Shown here: positions 16,758 through 17,142 of the stretch, in pieces
How positions within the stretch are numbered: position 1 is the first letter of the stretch
Layout: every line of letters starts with the position of its first letter
From: Ascoidea asiatica JCM 7603
Lineage: Eukaryota > Fungi > Ascomycota
Direction: 5' to 3'
DNA length: 17,142 bases
Assembly: GCA_001600695.1 (NCBI GenBank)
Contig: BCKQ01000002.1
Location: forward strand, 2,026,640-2,043,781
The notes under the pieces: model-generated
Database searches by the model: none
Seen by the model: only the letters and a program-made list of their open reading frames with translations
What the model was told of the DNA's origin: nothing
Position numbers and translations under genes: made by a program

Positions 16758-17142
16758 TCAACAAATGATCCCACTTACAGATTGTTTGGTTGGGTCTTCT
16801 AAACCATCAACATTTTCTGAACTCAAATTACACTTTTTATCTTGGTTAAAAAGCATATTTGAAAATCTATCACTACCTTTTGCACAAAATTTATGGTCGT
16901 AGAGAAATCTACTTCCAATAGTAATATCGAAAGCTTTTGTTGAACTTTCTGGCAAAACAGCACATTTAATGTCAATTAAACCAAAGTTTTCAATGAATAG
17001 TGGTAAAATGACATCATTCTTGACTATCATTGTCCCTGTAAAGCCATGGATTGTTGTAGGCTTACGCTGTAGCATTTTGATTTCCAAGCCTTTAAGGATG
17101 ATTCAAAAACATAGTTGGATTCAGCACCAGTATCGAAAAGAA
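16758..17142 (-). pseudogene. Retroviral-type aspartic protease, frameshifted
   Basis: LFDTGAESNYV is in a different frame from ORF 16758-17087 (TIHGFTG...FDITIGSRFL), so a frameshift lies near 17090. Confidence 0.85.

Larger units (their letters stand above)
15403..17142 (-). mobile_element. Degenerate Ty3/gypsy-type LTR retrotransposon remnant (protease, partial integrase, 3' LTR); continues beyond the right edge
   Basis: Aspartic protease LFDTGA (17123-17140) plus FDITIG. Integrase core MDNG...TSPYHPETN..CE has exact D(35)E spacing, followed by GLSPYLLAFG and a GPY/F SH3-like tail (FEVGDYVL...KLEPSYHGPH...VYKL...VNGNRL). An LTR-like segment follows downstream. Confidence 0.9.

Noticed and set aside
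15909-17142. Copia-like or Gmr1-like PR-IN-RT order, or a domesticated protease-integrase gene
   Set aside because: The LTR follows the integrase with no RT, the integrase lacks its N-terminus, and the frames contain stops and frameshifts. Deletion plus decay is simpler.

Overview
AT-rich eukaryotic DNA from a budding yeast (Saccharomycotina), with six apparently intronless host genes and one tRNA. In order: a cytosolic GH3 beta-glucosidase-like gene (KmBglI type, PA14 + FnIII); a divergent protein with two or three SUMO/ubiquitin-like domains (Esc2/Rad60-like); VPS25; a GT8 GNT1-like type II membrane protein; an intronless tRNA-Pro(UGG); CWH41 glucosidase I; and a stand-alone EF1Bgamma-class GST-fold gene. 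The window ends in a decayed, internally deleted Ty3/gypsy-type element on the minus strand (protease directly joined to a partial integrase, then the 3' LTR). Main observations: (1) by manual reading there is no in-frame CTG codon in about 3,470 host codons, which points to a yeast with reassigned or ambiguous CUG, such as the Ascoidea/Saccharomycopsis lineage; (2) the GT8 gene has an intact ORF but has lost both metal-binding motifs, and the GH3 gene has lost a conserved subsite -1 Asp; (3) the Esc2-like protein appears to carry a third beta-grasp domain; (4) a GC-rich two-hairpin element lies between VPS25 and the GT8 gene; (5) the LTR promoter points at the GST gene. I cannot support a coherent new multi-gene system. 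All family calls come from motif recognition by eye, not database searches.
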